Shown: positions 36,913 through 49,900 of the stretch, piece by piece
Layout: each line of letters opens with the position of its first letter
How positions within the stretch are numbered: the stretch's first letter is position 1
Origin: Magallana gigas
Taxonomy: Eukaryota
Length of the DNA stretch: 64,000 bases
Reading direction: 5' to 3'
Assembly: GCF_963853765.1 (NCBI RefSeq)
Contig: NC_088854.1
Span: forward strand, 2,604,001 to 2,668,000
The notes under the pieces: model-generated
Database searches by the model: none
Told to the model about the DNA's origin: nothing
The model's input: only the letters and a program-made list of their open reading frames with translations
Program-made: the position numbers and the translations under genes

Positions 36913-39900
36913 TCATGATTTTCTTTTCTGTTTTCTCTGTGATGCTGTTGCCATTTTCTTCTGATTTTCTGCTTTGTTTGCACCAGCCTCCGACTCTGCT
37001 GCCATTTTTCTCTTCTTTGCTGGGCTCTTTGAGCCACCACTAGATTTATCTGTTTTGCTCTGAATATAATGAATAACCTACTATTTATAAATGTAGATTT
37101 CTGCTTATTTGTCAAATTTGTTTCAACATCAATCATTCATCAACAGCACTGTAGAGTTATATCTGTTCTGTATTTACAACAAATTACAGAACACCAGTAA
37201 AATTTTAAATAGCTTGCAGGATTGCTGAGAAGGGTATACAATTTGGTCTGCCAGGTGTCGCATCAGAGGCGAGTTCAACAGAGCGAGTGCTTGCGATCGC
37301 TCGCCAAAATTTGTGTTGCGGGTATAGGGAATTTTGGCGAGCGCTCACGAGCGCTCGCTCTGTTGAACAGGCCTTAGGTCTTAATCTAGGTCATGTGATT
37401 ACTCGAGTATGACTTCAAGAAAGTGAGATATATCTAGTAAATATTTGCAATTTTTGGAGATTTTTTGTAGGTAAGATATTTTCTATATATTTTTTCCAAC
37501 AGTATTTCTTTCGTTTGAACTTATTACGCTGCCATAGTGCGGTATGTTGTAACAGGAATAGAGAAACCAAAATGTACAGCAAAAAAAAATACTTCTTTTT
37601 AAGGTGGCTCTATACACCACTTTTTGATGATGCAGTATGCAAAAAAGTAAATCTGGAAGTATGCAATTCCGGTACTGGCTGATTTAAAATGGAAAATTCA
37701 TTACTTAAAGTAATGTGGTATATGACACCTTCACGTTGTGTTGTATGGGTTCTTTCAAAAGATAATGAATAGAGTAACTAACTATAGGAGAGAGTGTTCT
37801 AGAGGCTTTCTTTGTGCAATATGAATGGGTAATAAATGAAAAATAACAATCTACACTTGAGTTATCACAAGACCTAGATTCAGATCTGGGGTCCATTCAA
37901 GATTGTAGCTGCTACAGATGGCTATGTAGCAGTTACACTGTTGAACGACAAGCTAGCCTAGACAATAGATATACATAACCTTTATTTTTCAGGCTAAGCA
38001 TTAAATTCAAGATGGCTACTTTAGTTACCACTTTGTAACAAACATGAAATTCATTTTATTTAGTGATATTTTATTAATCCTATTTACATTTTTAACTTGT
38101 ACTAGTATATTTCTGCTTGAAATTAACAAATTGTGTTGATGTAATTAGTCTTTACTTGAATATTTCCAACTTCAAATCAGAGACCCAGTGGCTAACCAAG
38201 CGGTCTGTTCAATAGACCTAGATATCTACGACCTAGCGGCTAGACTAGCTGCTACAATTTTGAACGCAGCCCTGATGTGATACCTGACTGACCAAACTTG
38301 ACACCCTTTTATGATGTATCATTATGAATCACCATACTTTAGATGATGGAATTTTGTCCTTTTCTTTAAATTGCCTCAAATCTGCTGTAAAAAGCACCTG
38401 TAAACATAAAAACAGGCATCCTGAAACATTTTTACTATTTCTTTTAGTTCATGAAACTTGATTTTAAAATTTGGACTGCTTTGAGGTTTACATACGGCCT
38501 GGGCCCAGCCTGCATAAGGTCCCCACAGAGTTCTAAAATGGTCACCTACAATATAAACACACTATACTTAATTCTTTTTTTTGTTCAACATCTGTTTCAT
38601 TATATGAACAGTCATTACTCTTCCTAAGAACAGAATCAATCAATCCTTGCATGATTTATTCAGATGTTAGCTAATGCAGTAACTAGTCTATGCTACCTAT
38701 TTCATTTTACAGTTTGTCAGTCAGAGAGAATTATTCCACATTACCTATTTCATTATACAGTTTATCAGTCAGAGATTTGCATTTGGACAGACTTGGCATG
38801 TATCCACGTGCAGCAATCTGCCAGACATGGGTGTCTACTGGGAGAGCATCTGTCTTGTCTAGAGACATCAGACAGACACAGTCAGCAACCTACAAAATCA
38901 CAGCATGCATAACATCATACTAAATTTTCAAAAGCTTCTGGCACAATTACTATCTATAAAGCTTTAGAAAAGTTCATTCCTTGCCTCTTCACAGACTCTA
39001 CAGTATATAAATAGTGCATTTGCGTTGGTTGACAATGGTTTTCTCAGGGTGTCAATTTCAACGGTTACCCTCCCAAACAGGCACTATTTATTTTATTATA
39101 CTGAATGTCTTAATTTTAGAGACAATTTTACTGCTTTTATATAGAAATGACGTGAATTCTACTGTGAAACATATGCACATAATTTACGCACATGTATCAA
39201 TTCAATGATTCATTGTGTTAATCATTGCCAAGTGTGTTTCTAATGCTGAGGGTAACAGAACGGATTAACAACTGTGTCTAAACCAATCAGATTTCATTAT
39301 TTAACATGAAAGTATAACAATGTTTGTAGGTGAAGTACCTTTGCTCCCACTCCATTCAGGGCCAGTAACTCTTTCTTTGCCTCTGCATATGGAATTTCTC
39401 TTAAAGCTCTTAACCAAGTTTCCCCTCCTTTTTCCAAAATTTGCTGTGCACTCTTGTTAATGTATTTGGCTCTGTAAAAAGTTGAAGACATTATGAATGT
39501 ATAGTTACACACTCTTACTGTATGACTAAATCACAAGTGTAATAGGACTCATGCAATTCTATACATGATAAACAGACATCTATCTCTACCTGTATCCAAA
39601 TCCTAGGTTCCGTAACTCACTCTCTACTCCATCCTCCGACAATTCAAAGATGGTGGGAAAACTAAAGTAAGTCTTTCCATTGAACTTGCCCACTTCTCTG
39701 CCATAGTTCTCGCAGAGCTTTTCTACCATAGAGGAGATTCTGGAGATGTGGTTATTGGACGAACAGATGAACGAGAATAAATTCTCCACAGGATCCTGGC
39801 GTAGAATGCGTATTCCTCCAAACTTTGAAGATATACTCTGAAAGTTTGAATCCACATCGGACCACTTTTGATAAAGATTCCCTACCTTTATGTTCAGCTG

Positions 39901-40922
39901 AAAGTAGTCTTTGATTAAATCTTCATAACTGTTTTCACAATGTTTCTCCTCTCCTTTAACAGATTGTTTGATTACGCTGTCTGTGGGAACAATATTTGGT
40001 TCCTTCAAGCATGTAGCCACTTCTATCTTCTTGGAACTATCAGTTGCTGTAACTTCAACTCCCGATTCCTGTTTTGTGTTCCCAAATATTTGATAAGATA
40101 TGGTAGTTTCTGATTGCCACAATTTCAATATTTTGTCAAATAAAACACCAGTCCAAATTCCTGGATTCTCTAGATCTTCTTTCCATCTTATTAAATAAAA
40201 AGCAATTAAGGTTATTAGCAACCCAAGAAAAAATTTAAAAATTAGGTAAAAATTGTGACTCTTGTTTTGGTTAATTGACAGGAGTAGAATGTAGTTTTTT
40301 TTTCATATATCATTAACTTTGATTGCAAATATTATTATAATACATGTACATGTACTCATAATTGTTAATTTTCTTCAATTTAATATTTTAAAATCATCAT
40401 ATTATTACTGATAAGACAAGGTTAATATAGAATTGACATCAAAACTTTGATTTGTTAAAGTAGCATTTTGGTGTACAGACCTTCATTGAATGTAATAGCT
40501 GGAGTTGTCTACAGATCAATTTGTAAGTGAAATCAAAATTTACAGAGACATATATAACATATTAGTATATACGTCCCTGAAATATATAACCAAAATTAAG
40601 TGTTCAATGATATCCATAACAAATGTGTGGAATATAGTGCATTGACTGTGTGATCAACTTTTAAATACTGTATATATTTTCTCAGAATTTTTAAAATTTA
40701 CGATATTTAATGTAAGGAGAAAACCAACACATTTTATAATGGCGTTCGAATTTCCTCGTTGATAAAATAAAACCAAAGAAATAAGACATGCATTATGTAA
40801 CAATAATGATTACTTTTAAAGTAAAGGGTCTACCTGAATGACTGGCCATTGACAAGAATTCTATCTAACCGAATCTCCGAAATATGACAAAGAATTCTGC
40901 CACTACTAATGGGGGCTGACAT
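36913..40922 (-). CDS. OGG1: 8-oxoguanine DNA glycosylase/AP lyase, about 406 aa, 7 exons
   Basis: complement join(40922-40834,40186-39590,39471-39339,38889-38745,38545-38496,38397-38338,37059-36913), 1221 nt in phase. Motifs GQSFRW, RILRQDPVENLFSFICSSNNHISRI, LGFGYRA, HhH GVGAKVADC, PVDTHV, WGPYAGWAQAVLF, and a C-terminal PAKKRK NLS-like motif. Confidence 0.95.
37268..37373. mobile_element. About 106-bp foldback MITE (44-bp arms)
   Basis: GGCGAGTTCAACAGAGCGAGTGCTTGCGATCGCTCGCCAAAATT ... AATTTTGGCGAGCGCTCACGAGCGCTCGCTCTGTTGAACAGGCC. Confidence 0.7.
37888..38272. mobile_element. Degenerate MITE with GGG...CCC ends (Harbinger-like)
   Basis: GGGGTCCATTCAAGATTGTAGCTGCTA versus TAGCTGCTACAATTTTGAACGCAGCCC, inverted. 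No clean TSD. Confidence 0.5.
38697..38775 (-). repeat. 48-bp two-copy duplication of the OGG1 exon-4 end plus donor
   Basis: TCTCTGACTGATAAACTGTATAATGAAATAG|GTAATG followed 48 nt later by TCTCTGACTGACAAACTGTAAAATGAAATAG|GTAGCA. Confidence 0.9.
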
Positions 40923-41395
40923 TTTTCTTACGAACTGTAACATGCAACGGAAGTTATCATTGCGTAATGAGCATAAAATTAGAGGCACTTCGAATGGAGG
41001 ATTTCCGTTGTTGTGGGAAACGTTTACAAATGGCGGACAGGGGAAAGGAAAGTGAAATGACAAAAATTATGGATTTGTGGTACGAAGATTGTTTTTTTGT
41101 TGATTTCCGTCTCTAAATAAATAAAGATATATGTAAACATTGAATTCATAAATCCGTCAATGAGGCATAATTGACTGTTTTGACGATGTCACTTTTAACG
41201 TTGCGTTGAGATGCCATAATGATTTGTTAAAGTTTATTGCTGAAATTTCGCATTATAATATCAGATAGCATAAATACTTTACTCTTATTTTTGCTCGAAA
41301 TTTGTCTAAACAACAAATGCATGTTGCCTAAAATCAAGGTGACTCAAAAGACCTCTAGATCTATATTTTTTCTCCCAATCAAATCTTCCTTCCTT

Positions 41396-41397
<2 letters not shown>

Positions 41398-41448
<51 letters not shown>
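41398..41448. repeat. (TC)n microsatellite
   Basis: Direct observation. Confidence 0.95.
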
Positions 41449-41452
<4 letters not shown>

Positions 41453-41611
41453 AGACCTTTTAATTTGCTGCAGCTAACATTAATATTCTATGCGGCCATG
41501 CATCTATTAATATGTACATATTTGAACTTTGTAGAGAAAAGACATAATGTCATCAGACTCTGATCTGTTTGCAATATTTTTATGAAGAGAGTATAACAGT
41601 ACAGGAGCAAT

Positions 41612-44600
41612 ATGGTCAGCATTCCTGATTGGTCAAAGTTTGGAAAACTCCATGAAAATGTTAAAGAACCAACCAATTTATTGCTCAATAAGTACTACAA
41701 GCAGAGAGAAGAGCAAGCTATCAGACAAGCTGAGGAGAGGGGGTATTTTCGAGTTCCCACTCAGGAGTATCTGATAGAGGAATCAAAGAAGAGGAATGAT
41801 TATAAATACAAAGATGTCAGTCACTTGAAGCTCATCAAGTTGTGTGGTGTTCACCTGAGAAAAGTGGGCGAAATCTCAAGCTGCCTATATCTCAGAATAT
41901 GCATCATAAACAACAACTTTTTGACAAAGATTGATGGGCTAATGTCATGTCATCATCTGGTGAAACTGGATGTCCACAGTAATCAGGTATTATTTTAATT
42001 TAAAGTATTTTTACTAGGCCTAAATAACATTTGCAGACACTCTCTTGAAAAGAATTATATTTTATTGCTTTAAACTTAATAGACTTTATTCAATTTATAC
42101 ATGCATAACTACATGTCAGATGTTCAAATAACTTAGTTTTCATTTTAACTACTACTAAATTTCATGACTGTGTTTAATCTTTTAATGCATTTTTTAATTT
42201 ATAAAACTGTTTAAAATGAAGCATAACATGAAACACTTTTGTTTTCTAGTTATCAGAAATTCCAGGGATCCCTTTTTGGTCTGGAATGAGAAAGCTTGAG
42301 ATGCTGTTTCTCCATGACAATCCCCTGGGGAAGTATGAGACCCTACAGAGTCTTGCCACATGCCCAAATCTGATTGCCCTCACTCTGTATGACACTCCTC
42401 TCAGCCTCAAGAAAAACTACAGACACCATGTGGCCAACAGCATTTGGACACTGAAGGCCTTGGATCATTATGTGGTTTCTGATGAAGAGATTATAGAAGA
42501 TGCTGTGTTTGGGGGACAGTTTGGGACACTGAACCCAGCTTTTCGAATTAATCTGTGTCCTCCCACTCCAGAGGTTAGTTGTAGTCAACATCCTCATTAA
42601 ATATGTCAATGTATGCTTTGTAAAATGGTTAAACTCTATTGACACCTTTCATATAATTTTGTAGATGTACTGAACAAACACAGTGAAAACCAGAACTTTT
42701 AATTCATAAGATTAGTTTAGAGTTATCTCCCTTTGACTCCTCTTGTATTGTAGAACACAACATATGAAGAGGAGAGACATGTCTTTATGTTGGTGATCGC
42801 AACTATCAATGACATCCAGGCACATCACTCTCCTGTCCTCATCATCCAGAGATTTATCCGCGGATTTCTGACCCGTAAAAGGTGCAACTAATTACTCTGC
42901 TTTTCCCCATCTGACTTATTCGATTTTTTATTACTATTTTGATAAAAGCCCATTTTATTGGCCTTGGGATTCAGACCTGTGAAAAAGTGAATTTACACAG
43001 TAAAATTTAATAAGGTGCTTATCTTTATATGGTACAGAAGTGTATGACTAACATTTAATCTGTCTCTTCTCTCACCTTAATCCTTGATAGACAAAAATAT
43101 TTTATTTACAAGTATCTTGATTGCTGTAGTTGTAAACACCAATCTGAGTTCAAAGTAAGTTTATGTACAAAAAACTATTAAGGCATGCATTAAACTGTAT
43201 CTGACACAGATTTCCTTTTCATGTGTATTTAGACTTGGACATACTATCAAAAAGCCAAAGACAGCATCAGGGCTTCAACTTCCCAACATCAACCAAGAGT
43301 CCCACATTCCCCCTCCCCCAAGCTCCTCCCCGGATCTGTCCCATGCCATCCTTCAGGACTCCAGTTACACCAATCTGGAACTGGATCTGTTCCCAAGGAC
43401 CAGGCCCGAGTCATCAGCCCCTAGTGAAAGCTTGACCACCACAAATTCATTCATTAGAGAGGTAACTTATATGATTTTATTTTAGGAGGAAGTGGAATTA
43501 TTTAAATGCATGAACAGTATTCCTTTTTTATGGTAATGTCATAAGATGAAGTCATATTTATACCAATTACAGTAAAACACGCTTATAACAAAGTGCCAGG
43601 GAACGAAGATTTTCCTAAGCTATGAGAGTAATTCGTTATATATTTCAATTATGGTAAACAACATGTAATTAAGTCATGGGGAATGTAAATCACTTCGCTG
43701 TCAGCATCAATTCATTATAAGCATGCTCGCTATAACTGTGTTTTTCTGTACTCAGAGTACCCATTATAAGTTTGTTTACACTCCTGTTCCAGCCGCCCAT
43801 GTCCCCAAATGATGCACTGACGCCTGTACCACAGGATGCAGATGTTCCAAAAAAGAGAAAGAATCTTCTGATCAATCTTGCCAAACTTCAGAGTGGTACA
43901 TTCTCTACTTTGTATGATGAAGCCATAGCCATAGAGACAATATTACCTGACTCCTCATATGATAAGATAGGATCAGCCAGGCTAGAGACACGACGCAGCA
44001 GGAGGAGAAAAAAGAAGGAACCACAGCGAAGAATAGTGAAGAGTGTGAAGCAGTTCTTTGGTCCTGTGGTGGAGTCGGAGAAGATTGAAGACGTGGCTGC
44101 AGAGGTCCCTGGTGAGGAGATCCCGATCACAGAGTATCGCTTGAGGGGAATGAAGCCAGAAATCTCATTTATTGATGCAACAACTGAAATGATCCTAGAG
44201 AAACAAGAAGCAGGTAGGCTGATCAGAGATGCAGAGGATGTCATTCATATCCGCGCCAGAGATGCTCCAAAGCCAAAAGTAACTCCTCGTAAAGCAGTCA
44301 CAACGGATCAGCGGATATTTTCTAGAGTGCACGGAACTATGGGTATATCCAGTTTATTGGCAGTTCATCAAGCTTACAAGGACAGAGAGAAGGCTGAGCA
44401 AGCTGCTGCCAAGATGGAACACATTTTAAACCTGAGGGATGAAAGAGATCGAGCAAAGGAGAGGATCCGCCTGTTTCAGGATGAGAAGAGAAACCAGGCT
44501 TTGAAGAAGAGGGATCAAGAGAAAGCTAGGATGTTGGATGCTCTGGAGCAGAGAGAGATGAAGAGACTGAGTTATCTGGACAGAAGGCAGGATTTCAAGG

Positions 44601-45130
44601 CCAAATCTTCAGATATGACTCGCTCAGTAAAAGCTGATTTCACATTCATCACCGAGTTCAGTAATCAGCATACTTCAGTGTCCAATGCACTGATGCGCCA
44701 TGACAAACAAGCCAAACAAGAGGACATGTTCAATCAGAAGTCAGAGGTTGTGATGGGTCATAGGTCAACAAAGGTTGAGCAGCAAGATGTGGTAAAGAAA
44801 TACTTGGAGCATCGACAGTTGATGAGACAGACTGAGTCTGCCATGGCTAAGAATGCTCTGGATGCCAGAATGCTGCAGGAGGCCAATGATCGGCTGATGG
44901 AGGCGAAACAGAGAGTGGCTCAGCAGAAGGCCAGAAGAGAAACGGTGCAGGCCTTCTACCCTCTCCCACAGACGGTCAATCCAGCCCCGGCTACCCCCAA
45001 CACACGGAACTTACCTCCCCCCACGGCCCAGTCTCTCCCAACCACCCCAGCAGCTGGGGCCAGTCATTTCGAGGCCAACGTGATAGTGTCTCAGGGTCGC
45101 CTTGGAAAACACCCAACCCTCGTCACGTAA
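41612..45130 (+). CDS. LRRIQ3: Leucine-rich repeat and IQ domain-containing protein 3-like, about 797 aa, 5 exons
   Basis: join(41612-41986,42250-42573,42754-42881,43233-43461,43793-45130), 2394 nt in phase. LRRs (LVKLDVHSNQL, LEMLFLHDNPL), LRR cap (YRHHVANSIWTLKALDHYVVSDEE), IQ motif IIQRFIRGFLTRKR and a coiled-coil C-terminus. Confidence 0.85.
43570..43748. mobile_element. TA-TSD MITE (Tc1/mariner-like) in LRRIQ3 intron 4
   Basis: TA|CAGTAAAACAC ... GTGTTTTTCTG|TA. Confidence 0.65.
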
Positions 45131-46980
45131 CCATTTTCTGATAACGCTTTGCGTTAGTTTGTTAATCTTGGGCATGAACTGTCTCCTATCTTACTTACCA
45201 GTAACTAACTAAATTTAACATCAACTTTTAATGAATGAATGTAGGTATCATGTATGAAATGCTATTGATGTATGTGAAACAGGGACATTTAAAAAATTTC
45301 ATAAAATTCTTTATTGTTTAGCAGATCGAGCTGCCCCCTTGCTCACTGTACACTGTGCTGTAGGATTTTCTCGTGTCTCCCTGTTTGTCTTTGTCATTAA
45401 TGATAAAACATCTTACAAGAAAATTTAATGTTTTTGTATGTGCATACAAGAAGTATTTCAAGCAACAACAACCATATGTTAACTTATTTACTCAGGAATA
45501 ATTTATTTTATAAATGAATTTTACTGTCAATTTAATTATCTAAATATGATGTACCTCTAGATTAGAGCACTGTTATGCATGTATTTGTTTATAATGTAGC
45601 CCCAAACCCACATACCGTATACAAAGTGATTCTTACAAAGAGCGAGCCATGTAATACCGAGTAGTAGGAGGAATTACTGGCTGTTTTTTATTTGTGTATT
45701 TTTATATGACCGTTATACTAGAACTAGCCTACAAATATACCCTAACATGTCAGCATGTGTGTACATTTATGTTATTTATTCATTAACAGCTTACTGAGAT
45801 TTAAAAAAAAACTCTATTGTCATATCTTTTCTGACAGACAGTTTGAAATAATTGCAGTCCTACTATATAGTTGGATGCCAGAATTCAATCAGTAGACAGC
45901 CAATGTGACAGTTTTTGTACCCAATCCAGTGCCAAAGTCTCCAATGTTCAGCATTTAATGAGCTGGTTTGCTCAGTGTTATGTGGACCATTTAGTTGCTG
46001 CAGTCAGATGTATGTGTTATAGAATGCTGAATGGGGTCTGTTTGTACAACAATAAATGTAACAGCATTACTTACAGCCAACAATTCCAAGTTTGTATTGA
46101 ACTGCTTTCATCCTGTGAAAATTTTCTGTTTTGTCTTGCAAAGATATGAAAATCATAGCTTTTTGAGTCGATCATTGATTTAACTACTGTTTGTTTTGTA
46201 TTTTTGATAACGAGTCTACTTTTCTCCATCTGAAGGTTGTGACATCGTGCTGAGGTGTGCGAGTTACCTCCATCTTTGAACACTCTGCCATCATGTTTCA
46301 GCTCTCTGTGATATTATGTGTTGTGATTATTCCTTCTGTTGTGTTTTTGTTTAATCATTATTAATGTCTCAATTCTTACACAATTTAAAATAAAATGAAA
46401 AAATGAAAAAAACTTTTTTGAGAATTATTTTGATTTAGCATGTATATGACTTCAAATGTTAATGATTGGAATGGGATTTCTGGGGCTTTTATCTTATTGA
46501 AACTCAATACCAGGTCTAAAATTGATGTTCAAAGCTCAAGTTTAAAGCCATGATAAACATTGTAAAAAGATGAAATTTGTAGCTAAACCAGAATTATAAT
46601 GAAAAAGAATTTTATAAGGTAAAGTCAATTCAAACAAAGTAAAATGTTTTAATAAAACAAGACAAGTGATCATCATAATGAATTGAGATCACATGCAGGG
46701 AGAGCCTTAAAAAGATAAACATAAAACAAAAGTTATTTGAGATTCCATTTATTTTCAAAGTCAATGATGACATAAAATATTGTGTTTATCTTTTACAAGC
46801 AATTCATTTTCTGAATTGCTTATGTTCATTATAAGAGATAAACTGCCTTTGAAAAAACATATTAAGAACAGCAGGAGTATAGGAAGGGACTCAACAACAA
46901 ATAACAATATCCTAGAACAAAGTAAAACAACAATGACAGCCAGGAACACAGTAATAAATAGATAGAGGGCTCGCTCGGAC

Positions 46981-49900
46981 CTAGTGTTGTAAGTTGTCTA
47001 TGACAGCGTGTGTGAAGTCTGAGGTGTAAGCATAGCCTCCCATGTCCCTGGTCTTCACCTGAAACACAAAAACAATCATGGATTATTCTTTTACAAGACT
47101 GTTTTCAATTTCAGTAAAAGTGTTAAATTCATCAGAACTTATTTAACCCCATTTCTTGCTATGACTATGGAAACACCATCAGATACTAGACAGGTTTTAC
47201 TGTGTTTACTGTGTAGACCAACCTTCTGGGTCTTTATGACCCTGTGTACAGAGTCCTCGATCAGCTTGGCGTGGTAATCCAGGTGGATGTGCTTCAACAT
47301 GTTGCAGGCCGACAGTAAAGTCGCTGTGGGGTTAGCTATGTTCTTTCCTATGGCTTCAGCAAAGGCATGTCTTGCACCCTAACAGAAATACACAAAAAAA
47401 AGATTACAAAATTGTATGCACAGTAGAAAATCTAGGCAAGACTTAGCTGAACTGAATCTCACCTAAATTAGAACAACAGAAATCCATTTAACTAAGCGCT
47501 CTCTCCTCTTTCTGACTGAGAACATACTGTACCTGTTCAAACACTGCTACATCTGAGCTGTAGCTCTCCCCTGGGACTACCCCTGCCCCACCCACTAAAC
47601 CGGCTGCAAGGTTGTCAACAATGTTTCCATAGAGATTTGGCATCACCATGACATCAAACTGATGGGGATTAGAAACAAGCTACAAAGACAATGAGTAAAA
47701 AGTGTAAAAAAAAAATGTACCTGGAGACATTGTATTAGTCTTTGATTCAGAATGATTTAAAACACATCATTTATTCCTTTTTTCCTTCTTTAGTACAGTA
47801 TCTCCTTTACTGTTAAAAATTTGGTCATTGTAAACAAAATGTACAGATACAATTAGGCATACATGTATGCTGTACACGATTATATGGTACCTGCATACAA
47901 CAGTTGTCAATAATCATTGTGTCAAACTTGATCTTGGGATAAAACTGTGCCACTTCCTCACAGCATTTGATGAACAAGCCATCTCCCAACTTCCTGTGTA
48001 CAAAAGCAGTAAATGAATAAATATGCTACAGTGAACACACAAATATATATTTTTACACACACATTACTTGGAATCTGTCAACTGAATTAAAAATATTAAT
48101 ATAATATTGCAGTATTATCACTCCATCTAACACTAAATACATGTATACCAGTATTCTATAATAAACATGTATACCAGTATTCTATAATATTAAACTTTAA
48201 TCATGTTATTATTCATAGGACAAATGATAGAAAACAATATGTTCATATTCTAAGAACAAATGAATTTTAAAATAAAGCTACGACAAAAAAATGATCGATA
48301 TGACATCATTCTGTTAGTATATTAGACATGAACTTGCGAAGTTTGACTTACATGATGTTGGCTTACTTACATGGTGTTGGCTTACTTAATGATGTTGGCT
48401 TACTTAATGATGATGTTGGCTTACTTAATGATGTTGGCTTACTTACATGGTGTTGGCTTACTTAATGATGTTGGCTTACTTAATGATGTTGGCTTACTTA
48501 CATGATGTTGGCTTACTTAATGGTGTTGGCTTACTTACATGATGTTGGCTTACTTAATGATGTTGGCTTACTTAATAATGTTGGCTTACTTACATGATGT
48601 TGGCTTACTTAATGATGTTGGCTTACTTAATGATGTTGGCTTACTTACATGATGTTGGCTTACTTAATGATGTTGGCATACTTAATGATGTTGGCTTACT
48701 TACCTGATGTTGGCTTACTTACATGATGTTGGCTTACTTACATGATGTTGGCTTACTTACATGATGTTGGCTTACTTAATGATGTTGGCTTACTTAATGA
48801 TGTTGGCTTACTTAATGATGTTGGCTTACTTACATAATGTTGGCTTACTTACCTGATGTTGGCTTACTTACATGATGTTGGCTTACTTACATAATGTTGG
48901 CTTACTTACCTGATGTTGGCTTACTTACATGATGTTGGCTTACTTACATGATGTTGGCTTACTTAATGATGTTGGCTTACTTACATGATGTTGGCTTACT
49001 TAATGATGTTGGCTTACTTAATGATGTTGGCTTACTTACATGATGTTGGCTTACTTAATGATGTTGGCTTACTTAATGATGTTGGCTTACTTAATGATGT
49101 TGGCTTACTTACATGATGTTGGCTTACTTAATGATGTTGGCTTACTTAATGATGTTGGCTTACTTACATAATGTTGGCTTACTTACATGATGTTGGCTTA
49201 CTTACATGATGTTGGCTTACTTACATGATGTTGGCTTACTTACATGATGTTGACTTACTTACATGATGTTGGCTTACTTAATGATGTTGGCTTACTTACA
49301 TGATGTTGGCTTACTTAATGATGTTGGCTTACTTACATGATGTTGGCTTACTTACATGATGTTGGCTTACTTAATGATGTTGGCTTACTTAATGATGTTG
49401 GCTTACTTACATGATGTTGGCTTACTTAATGATGTTGGCTTACTTACATGATGTTGGCTTACTTACATGATGTTGGCTTACTTAATGATGTTGGCTTACT
49501 TAATGATGTTGGCTTACTTAGTGATGTTGGATTACTTACATGATGTTGGCTTACTTACATGATGTTGGCTTTGTGAACTGCTGTCACTTTACTTCTGTTG
49601 TGCTTCATGGCATAGTCAAAAGCAAACTTGGCGATTCTCTTTGAGTTTTTCCTAGTGATGATTTTCAAACTCTCAACAACTCCAGGTACTGTCTGTCAAT
49701 ATGTATGAAGTTAATCCATTATTAAGCATTATAGAAAAGTTAAAAATATTTCAAAAGATTTGTAGAAATGATCCACATTTTCCCACTTCAGTTATACCAT
49801 ATACCAAAGGCTGACTTCAAAACTTAAAGCATTGTACAAATACACTCTTGTAGTTTTGAGTATTAAAGATGTTGGCTGATAAGAGCCCAACATCATGTCT

